A stretch of 64,000 nt of DNA. Source: an uncultured Bacilli bacterium (lineage in GTDB: Bacteria > Bacillota_I > Bacilli_A > RF39 > UBA660). Position 1 is the first letter of the stretch, and every line of letters begins with the position of its first letter. The translations under genes and the position numbers were made by a program. Positions 30,473 through 39,640 of this stretch are shown here, one piece after another. The notes beneath the pieces are model-generated. The model was not told the origin of the DNA. It saw only the letters and a program-made list of their open reading frames with translations, and did not search any database. The stretch covers positions 39,975-103,974 of the forward strand of contig CAKPHH010000003.1 of NCBI GenBank assembly GCA_934157235.1, written 5' to 3'.

Positions 30473-31285
30473 TTAAATATAATATATAAATTTGTCCTGA
30501 TTCTTTTTAAAGACAATACTACCAAATACTAGAGTGCCTACGCCAATTAAGCCAATTATTATTAAGGTTACAAGACTTGGACAGCGACCATATAAAACTA
30601 TTTCTCTGGCACTATTTATAAATTGATATAATGGATTAAATTTAAATATTGTTTGTAAGTATGCTGGTAAGATTTCAATACTATAGAATACAGGAGTAAA
30701 ATAATTCCAAATTGTTATGATTATTCCATAAATGTAGATTATATCTCTTAAGAATACTGAGATACATGATAGTAATAAGCCAATTCCAGCTGAGAATAAA
30801 AATAGACAAGCAAAAATATATGGTAATAAGATGTAGTACCAATTTATACTTGCGGGATATTGTCCTAAACCAAATTGTGTAATTATTATTAATAAAAATA
30901 AAGGTATTAATGTTAAAACAAAGTTAATTCCTACGAAGATGCATTTTGAAATTGGAAAGATATATTTAGGTATATAGACTTTGTTTATTAATGAGAAGTT
31001 AGATACTACGGAAGTCATAGCCGTATTGGTTGCTTCACTAAAATAGTTAAACATAACGATACCAGTCATTAAGTATACTAAATAATTTATACCATCTACT
31101 TTAAATTTAAACATTTGTGAGAATACTAAGGCCATTACAGTCATCATTAGTATTGGATATAATAAACTCCAAACTATTCCTAATACAGAACGTTTATATT
31201 TTACTTTAAAATCTCTTGAAATAAGTTGGCTCATTAGAAATTGATATTTTCTAAAATTAACCCATATATTTTTTAATGTATTCAT
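30473..31285 (-). CDS. tagG: ABC-2-type polysaccharide/teichoic-acid exporter permease (TagG/Wzm-like)
   Basis: N-terminus LISRDFKVKYKRSVLGIVWSLLYP is typical of ABC-2 permeases, and there are 6 TM helices. Confidence 0.85.
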   Translation of the reverse strand: MNTLKNIWVNFRKYQFLMSQLISRDFKVKYKRSVLGIVWSLLYPILMMTVMALVFSQMFKFKVDGINYLVYLMTGIVMFNYFSEATNTAMTSVVSNFSLINKVYIPKYIFPISKCIFVGINFVLTLIPLFLLIIITQFGLGQYPASINWYYILLPYIFACLFLFSAGIGLLLSCISVFLRDIIYIYGIIITIWNYFTPVFYSIEILPAYLQTIFKFNPLYQFINSAREIVLYGRCPSLVTLIIIGLIGVGTLVFGSIVFKKNQDKFIYYI

Positions 31286-31337
31286 TTCTAGACTCCTTTT
31301 CTAGTAAAGATCTTTTCATATTACTAGTTACTTTTTA

Positions 31338-31367
31338 ATTATAGCATAAGAAAAAGATAATAGTCAA
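31338..31367 (-). promoter_or_regulatory. Sigma-A-type promoter upstream of tagG
   Basis: Minus strand reads TTGACT (31367-31362), an 18-nt spacer, then TGC-TATAAT (extended -10, TATAAT at 31343-31338). Confidence 0.5.
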
Positions 31368-31400
31368 ACAAGCACACGGTATTTTACTAATATTAAAAGA

Positions 31401-31859
31401 CTATTTTAGATTTGGTAAAATAGTCTTTTCTTCTTTAAAGATAATTTTGTCACATATAAAATAGTTTGAAAGCGTTGTTGAAGCGTTAGCAATTAGTTTT
31501 TCTAGGATTGAAGCTAAGGCAAAATATTTGTCTAAGCATAATAGTACTAGTGAATCTATAAAAAATGATAATACTTTACTTCCTAAAAATAATGGTATTT
31601 GCTTTTTATGTTTCCTCTTTTTACATTTATACACTACTTTTTCGTTTAAAGTAAATGATAAAGAAATTGATGAGGTATAGGCAAGTATGTTACTAATAAT
31701 AATGCTTTTGGTAATTAAGTGATAACTAATTAGGTATACTAAAACATTTATTAGGGTTGTTAAAGATGCAATTATAACATATTTAACAAATTTACTTTTA
31801 AGAAGTTTTTTTAGTTTTCTTTTATTTAGAAATTTCGTAAAATCTTTTGTATTGAACAT
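31401..31859 (-). CDS. GtrA-family membrane protein
   Basis: FVKYVIIASLTTLINVLVYLISY start and 4 TM helices, about 150 aa. The likely start is Met17 of the track ORF. This still overlaps the 3' end of the upstream fusion gene. Confidence 0.7.
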   Translation of the reverse strand: MFNTKDFTKFLNKRKLKKLLKSKFVKYVIIASLTTLINVLVYLISYHLITKSIIISNILAYTSSISLSFTLNEKVVYKCKKRKHKKQIPLFLGSKVLSFFIDSLVLLCLDKYFALASILEKLIANASTTLSNYFICDKIIFKEEKTILPNLK

Positions 31860-34251
31860 ATTTGTAATCTTTAATTGCCTTTTGAATATTTTTATCAGTA
31901 TTATCAAATGGAATTATTTCATTATTTTGATATAGTCCTTGTCTATTAAAAGCTTGGATTTTCTTTCGCATATCTTCAACATACTTAAAATAGCTAGAAA
32001 TATTTAAATCTAATTTATTTAAAACATAGGCTCCTAAGTAATTAGCATTCATGTATTCTATATCATCGGTTTTGATATCATAGTTTGATAATATAGCAGC
32101 TTTAGTTGTATATTCTCGTAAATTACAAATTGTTTTATCTGGAGAAGTAAAATAGCTTGACTCTAAATAAGGCTGACTGCTATGACTATCAATGATATAT
32201 GGTAGATGGTCACCAAAGAAAACGATAATTGTTGGAACATCTAATTTTTTAATCATTTGATAGAGATTATTTAATTCTTTTGAAGCATCATAAATTCCCT
32301 GAGCATAACTTCTCAACAAAGCCGTATCTTCGGCTGAATAAGTAGTGTTCTTTACATTTATATCATATTTATCGTATTTGTCTTTTGAAAATGGAAAATG
32401 ATTCTGTGCGGTAGCAGCCATTATGAACTTATAATTACCTTCACTAGTATCTTTTAACTCATTATAAATATCTTCCATTAATGATTTATCTGAGTAGTAA
32501 ATTCCTTTATTAGATCCTTTTAAATCAGTACCATAGATTGTTTTTGTTGCTCCAAATATCTCATAGTTTTTCTTACTATTAAATGAGGTCTCTCCCCATG
32601 GAGTTAGATACATTGTTGTATAACCATTATTATTGAACTCTTTAATTATATTAGGGGCATCTTTACCAGTCGTTCCTTTATAATATTGATTGTAAGGAAT
32701 AAAACCAGGGGACCAGAAAGATATTGAGGCACCAGTTAGAATTTCAAACTCAGTATTTACGCTACCTCCTCCAAAGATTGGAACTAATAAATTGAAGACC
32801 ATTTTGTCTTTATCTTTGGCATAACTATCTAGTTCGCTCATTAAAGGTTTATCAAATGTTACTTCATCAATATTTTCTAAATCGGAGAAAGATTCTGATA
32901 ACAAGAAAACAACATTAGCTTTTTTCCATTCTCCTGAAGTTTTTTGATTATCATATTTTTCTAAAAGCTTTTCAACATAAGCTGCATCATAGCCATCTGG
33001 TACTAATTCCCTTTTAGATAAGGAACTTAGAATTATTCCTTGGAAGAAACCAAAGTCCTCTGTAAAACTATCAACAGAAGCATATTGATATAATGATTCT
33101 TTATTGGTACCATAAATCTTATTAATAACAAAAGTATTTTTATTTACCATTAAGATAATAATAAGTGTAAATGCTACGGTTGTGATTGCTAAAGCAGTTA
33201 ATCTTTTAGAAAGTTTTTCTATTTTTAATTTACTAAACTTATCTAAGTAAATTATACCAATACTTAGAGCAAGGAAGAGAATTCCTTTAGCAATAGTTAA
33301 CCATATCCAACTTCCGATTGTCGTTGTAGCAGTAGTCATCATTCCCATATTATCTGGATTTAAATAACTGATATCAGATAGTTCTATTGGTATTCCCATA
33401 ATATTTAGTTTAATATCACTAATTATAAAAATAATTAGTGATAGCAGTAATAAAATTATTTTAGTGATACCACTTCTATTAGTTAGACTATTAATGATAA
33501 TAAATATTAAAGTAATTAATAGATAAATAAATATAAAGGGAATAAAATGATTAGCAATAACAAATATGGATTGCTTTAAAATTGTAAATAAATGAAGTGA
33601 TTGTGTTCTATAAAAGATATCACCGGATATATCTATAAATAAAGGTAAAAATATTAGATTAATAGTATATTTATTAAAAAGTGTAGAGATTATTTTTTTA
33701 ATATTTGGTTTTTTAAATTTAAATCTACCAATAAATAAAGTTCCCATACATAATAGGATAATTGGTAAGATGATATTAAGTAAATCTGGTTTAATTAATC
33801 TTATGAGAAATAAAACCACAGGATATACAAAGGCGGCTGTTGTGATTGGTAAGCCAACATACTCACCTTTTTTTGCGGTTTTTGTTGCGTGTAACATATT
33901 AAAATAAGCTAATCTTATGACACCACAAAGCATGTAGTAAATACAAATTATAGTACTTAAAACACTACCATTTGAGATCAGGATAGTTATAATGGCTGGT
34001 AGAAGGCCAAAACAAATAACATCCGATAAAGAGTCTAGTTGAACTCCATATTCTTGAGCCTCTTTACTATATTTGTATTTTCTTGCTAAAGTCCCATCAA
34101 ATGAATCACAGATACCGCATAATAAAAGGCAAAAGGCCGCTACGGTAAAATGGGCTTTAAAGGCACAAATCATTCCTAAAAAGGCAATGGTTGTACCAGT
34201 CATTGTCAACATATCACATTTTCTAAAGAATCCTATTATGTACTTCTTCAT
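31822..34251 (-). CDS. CDP-alcohol phosphatidyltransferase (PssA-like) fused to an LtaS/MdoB-type (COG1368 sulfatase-fold) phospho-alcohol transferase
   Basis: N-terminus carries the D-x2-D-G-x2-A-R...G-x3-D-x3-D motif (CDSFDGTLARK...GVQLDSLSDV). About 10 TM helices follow. The exo-domain has VVFLLSESFSD and GGGSVNTEFEILTG (nucleophile region), then FFGDHLP. Start set at Met7 (34251) with GGAG upstream. The track ORF extends to 34269. Confidence 0.75.
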   Translation of the reverse strand: MKKYIIGFFRKCDMLTMTGTTIAFLGMICAFKAHFTVAAFCLLLCGICDSFDGTLARKYKYSKEAQEYGVQLDSLSDVICFGLLPAIITILISNGSVLSTIICIYYMLCGVIRLAYFNMLHATKTAKKGEYVGLPITTAAFVYPVVLFLIRLIKPDLLNIILPIILLCMGTLFIGRFKFKKPNIKKIISTLFNKYTINLIFLPLFIDISGDIFYRTQSLHLFTILKQSIFVIANHFIPFIFIYLLITLIFIIINSLTNRSGITKIILLLLSLIIFIISDIKLNIMGIPIELSDISYLNPDNMGMMTTATTTIGSWIWLTIAKGILFLALSIGIIYLDKFSKLKIEKLSKRLTALAITTVAFTLIIILMVNKNTFVINKIYGTNKESLYQYASVDSFTEDFGFFQGIILSSLSKRELVPDGYDAAYVEKLLEKYDNQKTSGEWKKANVVFLLSESFSDLENIDEVTFDKPLMSELDSYAKDKDKMVFNLLVPIFGGGSVNTEFEILTGASISFWSPGFIPYNQYYKGTTGKDAPNIIKEFNNNGYTTMYLTPWGETSFNSKKNYEIFGATKTIYGTDLKGSNKGIYYSDKSLMEDIYNELKDTSEGNYKFIMAATAQNHFPFSKDKYDKYDINVKNTTYSAEDTALLRSYAQGIYDASKELNNLYQMIKKLDVPTIIVFFGDHLPYIIDSHSSQPYLESSYFTSPDKTICNLREYTTKAAILSNYDIKTDDIEYMNANYLGAYVLNKLDLNISSYFKYVEDMRKKIQAFNRQGLYQNNEIIPFDNTDKNIQKAIKDYKYVQYKRFYEISK

Positions 34252-34293
34252 TTCTAATACTCCATTCACTACATTTACATCTACTATGTTCTT

Positions 34294-35235
34294 TTATTTA
34301 TATATTTTACAATATAATTTTGTTAATAATTTACTCTTTTCAATTGTCCTTTTTATAAAACTTCTGTTTTTAAAATACTTATTTTTCTTATAATCAGGAA
34401 CTTCTTTTTTTAAGTAAGAAAAAGCTGTATCAATAAATTCTAGTCCTACTCTTTTATCTTTTTGATTTCTTTGTTGAATTGTATAATTAGTAATTATCCT
34501 GACAGTTAATTTATTTACTTCTTCTTGAAGATATTCTTTATCTTTGGTATTTTGTCTTATTAAGTCAATTATTTTTAAAATATCAAAGCATCTTTTATCT
34601 CTTACAGTTGTTTCACTATTTCCATGAATTACATAGTAATTTAGTTTTTCATCAACTTTGGCTATTTTTTTGGCATTTATGAAGGCATCTATGACAAAAG
34701 GTGCATCTTCATATTTTAGATTTTCGACGAACTTTAAGTTATTCTTAGTAATTAATTCTCTTTTATATATTTTATTCCAAGGAGCTAGATTAACTTCATT
34801 AATAAGAGTTGGTCTTTTCTTTAGAGTTGTTTCTGTAAACGATGGTAAATTTATATCTTCTATTTTACCAGAATCATATACTTTATAAAAATCACAAATA
34901 ACTAAATCAGAGTTGGTAGTAAGTGCTTTTTGATAAAGAATTTCACAAGCATCTTCTCTTAAGTAATCATCACTATCTAAAAACATTATATATTTACCAG
35001 ATGATTTAGAAATTCCGAAGTTTCTAGTTTTACCAATTCCTTGATTTTTATTTTTAAAATATTTAATTCTCTTATCATTATAACTTTTAATAATAGAATC
35101 AGTTTTATCAGTTGAGCCATCATTTATTAAAACAAACTCTAACTCTTTCTTAGTTTGATTCAGTAAAGAATCAAGACACTTATTCAAATATTTTTCCGCA
35201 TTATAAATAGGAACAATTATACTTATATCAGACAT
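34294..35235 (-). CDS. GT2-family glycosyltransferase
   Basis: ISIIVPIYNAEKYLNKCLDSLLNQTKKELEFVLINDGSTD...FLDSDDY. Confidence 0.85.
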   Translation of the reverse strand: MSDISIIVPIYNAEKYLNKCLDSLLNQTKKELEFVLINDGSTDKTDSIIKSYNDKRIKYFKNKNQGIGKTRNFGISKSSGKYIMFLDSDDYLREDACEILYQKALTTNSDLVICDFYKVYDSGKIEDINLPSFTETTLKKRPTLINEVNLAPWNKIYKRELITKNNLKFVENLKYEDAPFVIDAFINAKKIAKVDEKLNYYVIHGNSETTVRDKRCFDILKIIDLIRQNTKDKEYLQEEVNKLTVRIITNYTIQQRNQKDKRVGLEFIDTAFSYLKKEVPDYKKNKYFKNRSFIKRTIEKSKLLTKLYCKIYK

Positions 35236-36521
35236 TATACTTCTCTCCTTCTTTTATTTTTAAGACTATATAAATTTAATATATATTCTTTTTTACCATA
35301 ATTTATTAAAACCATTATTAAGGATATTACAATTAGACTTACAGATGGAGCTGTTATAATATGGCCGGTAAATAGTGATAAGAATAAAACTAATAATATA
35401 CTAGTATTTAACATAAGTAAATCAAAATTGATTTTCTTCTTTTTAGAAGTAGTTTTGACTAATACATATATATAAGATGAAAAGAAAATTATAAAGCCTA
35501 GAATTCCATGATTAAAATAAATATCTAAATAGTCCATTTCAATTAATTTGGCTTGTTTATTTTCTTGTTCGTAGTAACCTATTCCAAATAATTTATTAGT
35601 TAGAGGAGAATTATCATAAAGATATTTTCGATCAGTAAAAAAAGTTACTCTTTGACTAAAGATAAAATGATCTATTAAATTACCATTATCAATAATATCC
35701 ATTACATCTTTAACTTTTAGGTAATCAAGGTGGACTTTAATGTTTTTATAAAAGTTGGTTTGAGGGATGGTTAAAATTAAAGTACTCATACCTACTAAAA
35801 TAATTAAAAATGAAGAGATAATTGTTTTATACTTTTTCTTTCTAAAGGATACTATAATTATCCAAATAAAGGTCATACCAATAGTTATTAATAGTGATAA
35901 TAAAGGTGTTTTAGTACCAATTGTTAAAATAACTACTAAGTACAGTAATATATATAGTAATTTAGGAATATAATTGTTTTTATTAGAAAAGGTAAGGAAG
36001 ATAATTGGTGTTAAAACAGATATAATTCCCGATATTTCATTAGCTGAATTAAAGTAACCTAAGGTACCAGATTTAGTAATTTGATAACTCTTAAAACCAG
36101 AATTTAAGACTATAGGAATAAATATAAATATTAGATATAGACTTAAAGTATAGAAAAGAGTTTTCTTACTTATTCTTATTTCATCTTTCAATTCATAAAA
36201 AGATATTAATAATAAAGGAAAATAAAATACACGAAGAAGACCTTGTACTTCACCGAATAAATTATTGTTACCTAAAGTTATTATGTAGAAAATACTATAG
36301 ATAAAAAATACTAAGTAGTATATGAGAGATATTTTCTTTTTATAAATAAAAACTGTGCAGAAAGCAATAAAGCATAAAAAGAGCATTCTAATAATAATGC
36401 CTAAAGTTAAGTTAAAATTAAATACATGTAAACAGATACCTGTTATAAGATCTAGTATTGGTTGTATTAAGATGAAAATACTAATTATTTTGTTTAAATT
36501 GCTTTTAACTACTTTGCTCAT
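35235..36521 (-). CDS. O-antigen ligase/polymerase-like (Wzy_C family) membrane protein
   Basis: About 11 TM helices. An external loop carries EMDYLDIYFNHGILGF, resembling the H-x-x-YL...E-x-G-x-x-G motif of Wzy_C proteins. Confidence 0.55.
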   Translation of the reverse strand: MSKVVKSNLNKIISIFILIQPILDLITGICLHVFNFNLTLGIIIRMLFLCFIAFCTVFIYKKKISLIYYLVFFIYSIFYIITLGNNNLFGEVQGLLRVFYFPLLLISFYELKDEIRISKKTLFYTLSLYLIFIFIPIVLNSGFKSYQITKSGTLGYFNSANEISGIISVLTPIIFLTFSNKNNYIPKLLYILLYLVVILTIGTKTPLLSLLITIGMTFIWIIIVSFRKKKYKTIISSFLIILVGMSTLILTIPQTNFYKNIKVHLDYLKVKDVMDIIDNGNLIDHFIFSQRVTFFTDRKYLYDNSPLTNKLFGIGYYEQENKQAKLIEMDYLDIYFNHGILGFIIFFSSYIYVLVKTTSKKKKINFDLLMLNTSILLVLFLSLFTGHIITAPSVSLIVISLIMVLINYGKKEYILNLYSLKNKRRREV

Positions 36522-36684
36522 TTTTATCCCTCTTAATGTAACATTTCTACTAAAATAATATCATTTATAAGAAAGTTAGTCAAATCTTTGAATATAGACA
36601 TTCTTTGACATTTAAGAGAATTGTTAGTGTTTATATTTTACATTATTTAGTATATAATTATATAAGAAGATAGAGGTGGTTTAT

Positions 36685-38550
36685 TTGGCAAAAAAGAAAA
36701 ATAGTAAAAATACTACTATTCCAGAAGAAAAAAAGAATAAACAAGAAGAAGATTTTGTAAGGAAAATAGAGAATAAAGATACAAAAGATAAGAAAAAGAA
36801 AAATACAATTATTAATATTTTAGTTATTTTGACAATTGTTAGTTGTTTAGGATTTTTTGGAGGAACTATTCTTAATGGAGTAAACTTAAAAGATATCGTT
36901 TTAGCTTTACTTTTGTTACTATTTACAGTTTTCTTTGTTTCTGTTAGTGTTACTAATCCTAGCAAGAAGAAAGGTAGTAATATTTTAGCTTTAATAGTAC
37001 TAATTATTTATCAAGCATTTGGCTGTTTAGTTATGTTTAATATAATTAAAATGCCAACTATTAAAGTAATGGAAAATTTAGTTGATAAAAGTTTAAGTAG
37101 TGCAGTTAAATGGACAACTGATAATAAGATTGATTTAGAACAAATTTATGAATATAGTGATGTTGTTTCAGAATACCATGTTATTTATCAAAATGTAAAA
37201 CCTGGTACTAAGTTAAAAAATGTTAAAAAGTTGATTTTGACAATTAGTGAAGGACCTAACCCAAGTAAAGAGATTATTATTCCAAGTATGATTGGTTGGG
37301 AAAGTGAAACTGTTTTAAAATATATTGAAGATAATCATTTGACTAATATCAAAGTAGAATTTGTTAAGTCTACTTCTAAAGCTAATACTTTAATTGAACA
37401 AAGTAAATCTGGTAACGTAAGAAGAAATGAGGAAATAAAGTTTGTTTTCTCATATGGTGAAGAACGTGATTTCAGTGAAATTAAGTTAAGTAATTTAACT
37501 AATAAGAGTAAATATGAAGCAATGTTTTATTTAGCTAAAAATGGAATTAAATATGAGTTTGTATATGACTTTTCTGATAGTATAAAAAAAGATAATGTAA
37601 TAAGTCAAAATGTTGAGGCTGGTACGATGATTTCTTTAACTGGTGAAAATGTAGTTATGGTAAAGGTTACAATTAGTAAGGGACCTAAAATTATTGTTCC
37701 AGACTTAAAAACTATGAGTGTTGAAGAGGTTACTAGTTGGATTATTAAGAATAAATTAAAAGTAGAATTTAAAGATGCATACGATGAAAATATAGCGGAA
37801 AATAAAATCATTTCAGCTAGTCATAATAAGGGAGATGCAGTTAGCGAAGGTACGGTTATTACTATTACAATTTCTAATGGTAAGTTAAGAATGCCAAGCT
37901 TTAAGAGTTTAAGTGAATTTAGAGAATGGGCAACTAAATATAATATAAATTATGATGAACAACATGAATTTAGCGATAGTGTCGCAATTGGTGATGTTAT
38001 TAGATATTCTTATAAAAAGGGAGATACTATTAAGAATAACGATACAATAATTGTTACAATTTCCGATGGTAAGAAGATTTCTGTTCCTAGTGTTATAGGT
38101 TTAACTAAGAGTGCAGCTGGGACTAAACTTAAAAGTGCTGGTTTAAATTATAACTTTGTTTATAGATACAATAGTAATGTGGAAAAAGGTAAAGTAAGTA
38201 ATCAATCTATTAGTGCTGGTTCTACAGTATCAGCAGGTACAACGGTTACAGTTACAATAAGTAATGGTAAAGCTCCAAGTAATAATGGTAATGGCGGAAA
38301 TAGCGGTGGTACTACTCCTACTCCAAAACCATCTTGTGAAAATATTCTTTTCTTTATTCAAAATGGAAATACAGGTTCGCAAGTTTTAAGTGCTACAAGG
38401 TCTGCTAATCCTAAATTTAATATTACTGCCACTTTTGTTGATAGTTGTAGTAATGGAGATTCTGTATCTGGTTCAGTATGTAATGCTAGTAGTTACGATG
38501 ATAAGGAACTATCAACATGTAATAAAATTAATTTGATAATTGTTAAGTAA
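36685..38550 (+). CDS. Membrane-anchored protein with six PASTA repeats and a Cys-containing C-terminal domain. It has no kinase or PBP domain.
   Basis: Lys-rich cytoplasmic head, 3 TM helices, then six ~65-70-aa repeats ending in ...TISxGP/ISNGK (PASTA pattern). A Gly/Asn/Thr/Pro linker and a ~90-aa 4-Cys domain follow. The likely start is TTG 36685, 5 nt after GAGGTGG. The track ORF starts at GTG 36676. Confidence 0.75.
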   Translation: MAKKKNSKNTTIPEEKKNKQEEDFVRKIENKDTKDKKKKNTIINILVILTIVSCLGFFGGTILNGVNLKDIVLALLLLLFTVFFVSVSVTNPSKKKGSNILALIVLIIYQAFGCLVMFNIIKMPTIKVMENLVDKSLSSAVKWTTDNKIDLEQIYEYSDVVSEYHVIYQNVKPGTKLKNVKKLILTISEGPNPSKEIIIPSMIGWESETVLKYIEDNHLTNIKVEFVKSTSKANTLIEQSKSGNVRRNEEIKFVFSYGEERDFSEIKLSNLTNKSKYEAMFYLAKNGIKYEFVYDFSDSIKKDNVISQNVEAGTMISLTGENVVMVKVTISKGPKIIVPDLKTMSVEEVTSWIIKNKLKVEFKDAYDENIAENKIISASHNKGDAVSEGTVITITISNGKLRMPSFKSLSEFREWATKYNINYDEQHEFSDSVAIGDVIRYSYKKGDTIKNNDTIIVTISDGKKISVPSVIGLTKSAAGTKLKSAGLNYNFVYRYNSNVEKGKVSNQSISAGSTVSAGTTVTVTISNGKAPSNNGNGGNSGGTTPTPKPSCENILFFIQNGNTGSQVLSATRSANPKFNITATFVDSCSNGDSVSGSVCNASSYDDKELSTCNKINLIIVK

Positions 38551-38568
38551 ATAATTATTAAGAAATAA

Positions 38569-38606
38569 AAAGATTCATATCATGATTGTATGAATCTTTA
38601 TTTTTT
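38569..38606 (+). terminator. Rho-independent terminator of the PASTA gene
   Basis: 11-bp stem AAAGATTCATA / TATGAATCTTT with a 9-nt loop, followed by ATTTTTT. Confidence 0.85.
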
Positions 38607-38887
38607 GTGTTTAATTTACTCTTCTGCTTTAATATTTTGCTTCTTGTATTTTCTTTTTATAAAGAATAAGATATGGTTATGAATGCTTATTAAAGTTCTA
38701 GAAAATCTATATCATTTTATTACTCTACCTATTTGTTAAAAATAAAAGAGCTTTTTTTTTGGGGGGACTGCTTTCTTCAGGGGGCCTGCAAATAGCATCA
38801 CTTTTTTTTCATATTTCTCAATATTATTGATTTATAACATGCTATATTTCTCGTAAATAGCCCTATTTTACCTATCGTTACCTATGT

Positions 38888-38929
38888 ACTTGTTCCCAAG
38901 TTGTTCCCAAGTTGTTCCAAAGAATTATT
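38888..38929 (+). repeat. Left boundary repeat: ACTTGTTCCCAAG-TTGTTCCCAAG-TTGTTCCAAAG-AATTATT (three tandem 11-mers)
   Basis: Read directly from the sequence. It overlaps the stop codon (38928-38930) of the 229-aa gene. Confidence 0.9.
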
Positions 38930-39617
38930 ATTTTTGCTTTTTAGATTTTGCTTGTTTTTTTATTTTTGAATTTTTATTAACTTCTATTTTTTCTTCTTCA
39001 TATTCAACATATAACTCACTAAAAATTATTTCTAATCTCTCATAAATTCCATCTTCGCCTTTTAATACCTTTTTTACTTCAGCAAATTTCTTTATTGAAA
39101 AGTAAATTATAGCCGATGCTAACACTATGCTTATCAAATATGGCAGGGATTTTTCAAAACTATTTATATTAAATCCTTCTTTAGTTACAAATGCCAACGC
39201 AATTGATATAACTATGGCTATAATTGCCCAGAAATTATCTCCTACTATCTTTGGCTTTATGTAAGTTCTATAATGATTTAAAATGCATTCTAAAGCTTTT
39301 TTATTATATTTTTTCTCATCTTTTAGAAATTTTTTAAATAATTCTTTTTCTTTATTATTTATTATTTCATCTAATGATAACCCTTTATTGTCTTTTTTAT
39401 CAAAATTAAAATATAACTTTGCATTTAATTCTTTTTCACATATCTTCTTCATTATAAAGAATACAGAGACTAAAACTAAAATCATTAAAATGTATGCCCT
39501 ACCAATATTTAATATCCATAATAAAGGCATTATTATAATGTAAGTCCAAAATATTTTCTTTGTAATTCTATTATAAGAGCTTTGTTTTTTATATAAATCT
39601 TCTATCTTATTAAACAT
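38928..39617 (-). CDS. Hypothetical 4-TM membrane protein (islet cargo)
   Basis: AGGAGG RBS. Two N-terminal and two central TM helices, a Lys/Glu-rich soluble segment and a Lys-rich tail. No family recognised. Confidence 0.5.
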   Translation of the reverse strand: MFNKIEDLYKKQSSYNRITKKIFWTYIIIMPLLWILNIGRAYILMILVLVSVFFIMKKICEKELNAKLYFNFDKKDNKGLSLDEIINNKEKELFKKFLKDEKKYNKKALECILNHYRTYIKPKIVGDNFWAIIAIVISIALAFVTKEGFNINSFEKSLPYLISIVLASAIIYFSIKKFAEVKKVLKGEDGIYERLEIIFSELYVEYEEEKIEVNKNSKIKKQAKSKKQK

Positions 39618-39640
39618 ATAAAACCTCCTGATTAGCTAAT

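Noticed and set aside
38607-38887. Looked for a tRNA or tmRNA 3' end as the integration target next to the left repeat.
   Set aside because: No cloverleaf-compatible sequence, T-loop (GTTCRANYC) or CCA-proximal acceptor stem is recognisable. The region is mostly AT-rich spacer, apart from the unexplained G-rich patch reported separately.
38890-38922. Three tandem 11-mers (TTGTTCCCAAG x2, TTGTTCCAAAG) considered as a mini CRISPR-like or iteron array.
   Set aside because: The units are directly adjacent with no spacers and are far too short for CRISPR repeats. No cas or rep genes are present. They are better explained as part of the islet boundary repeat.
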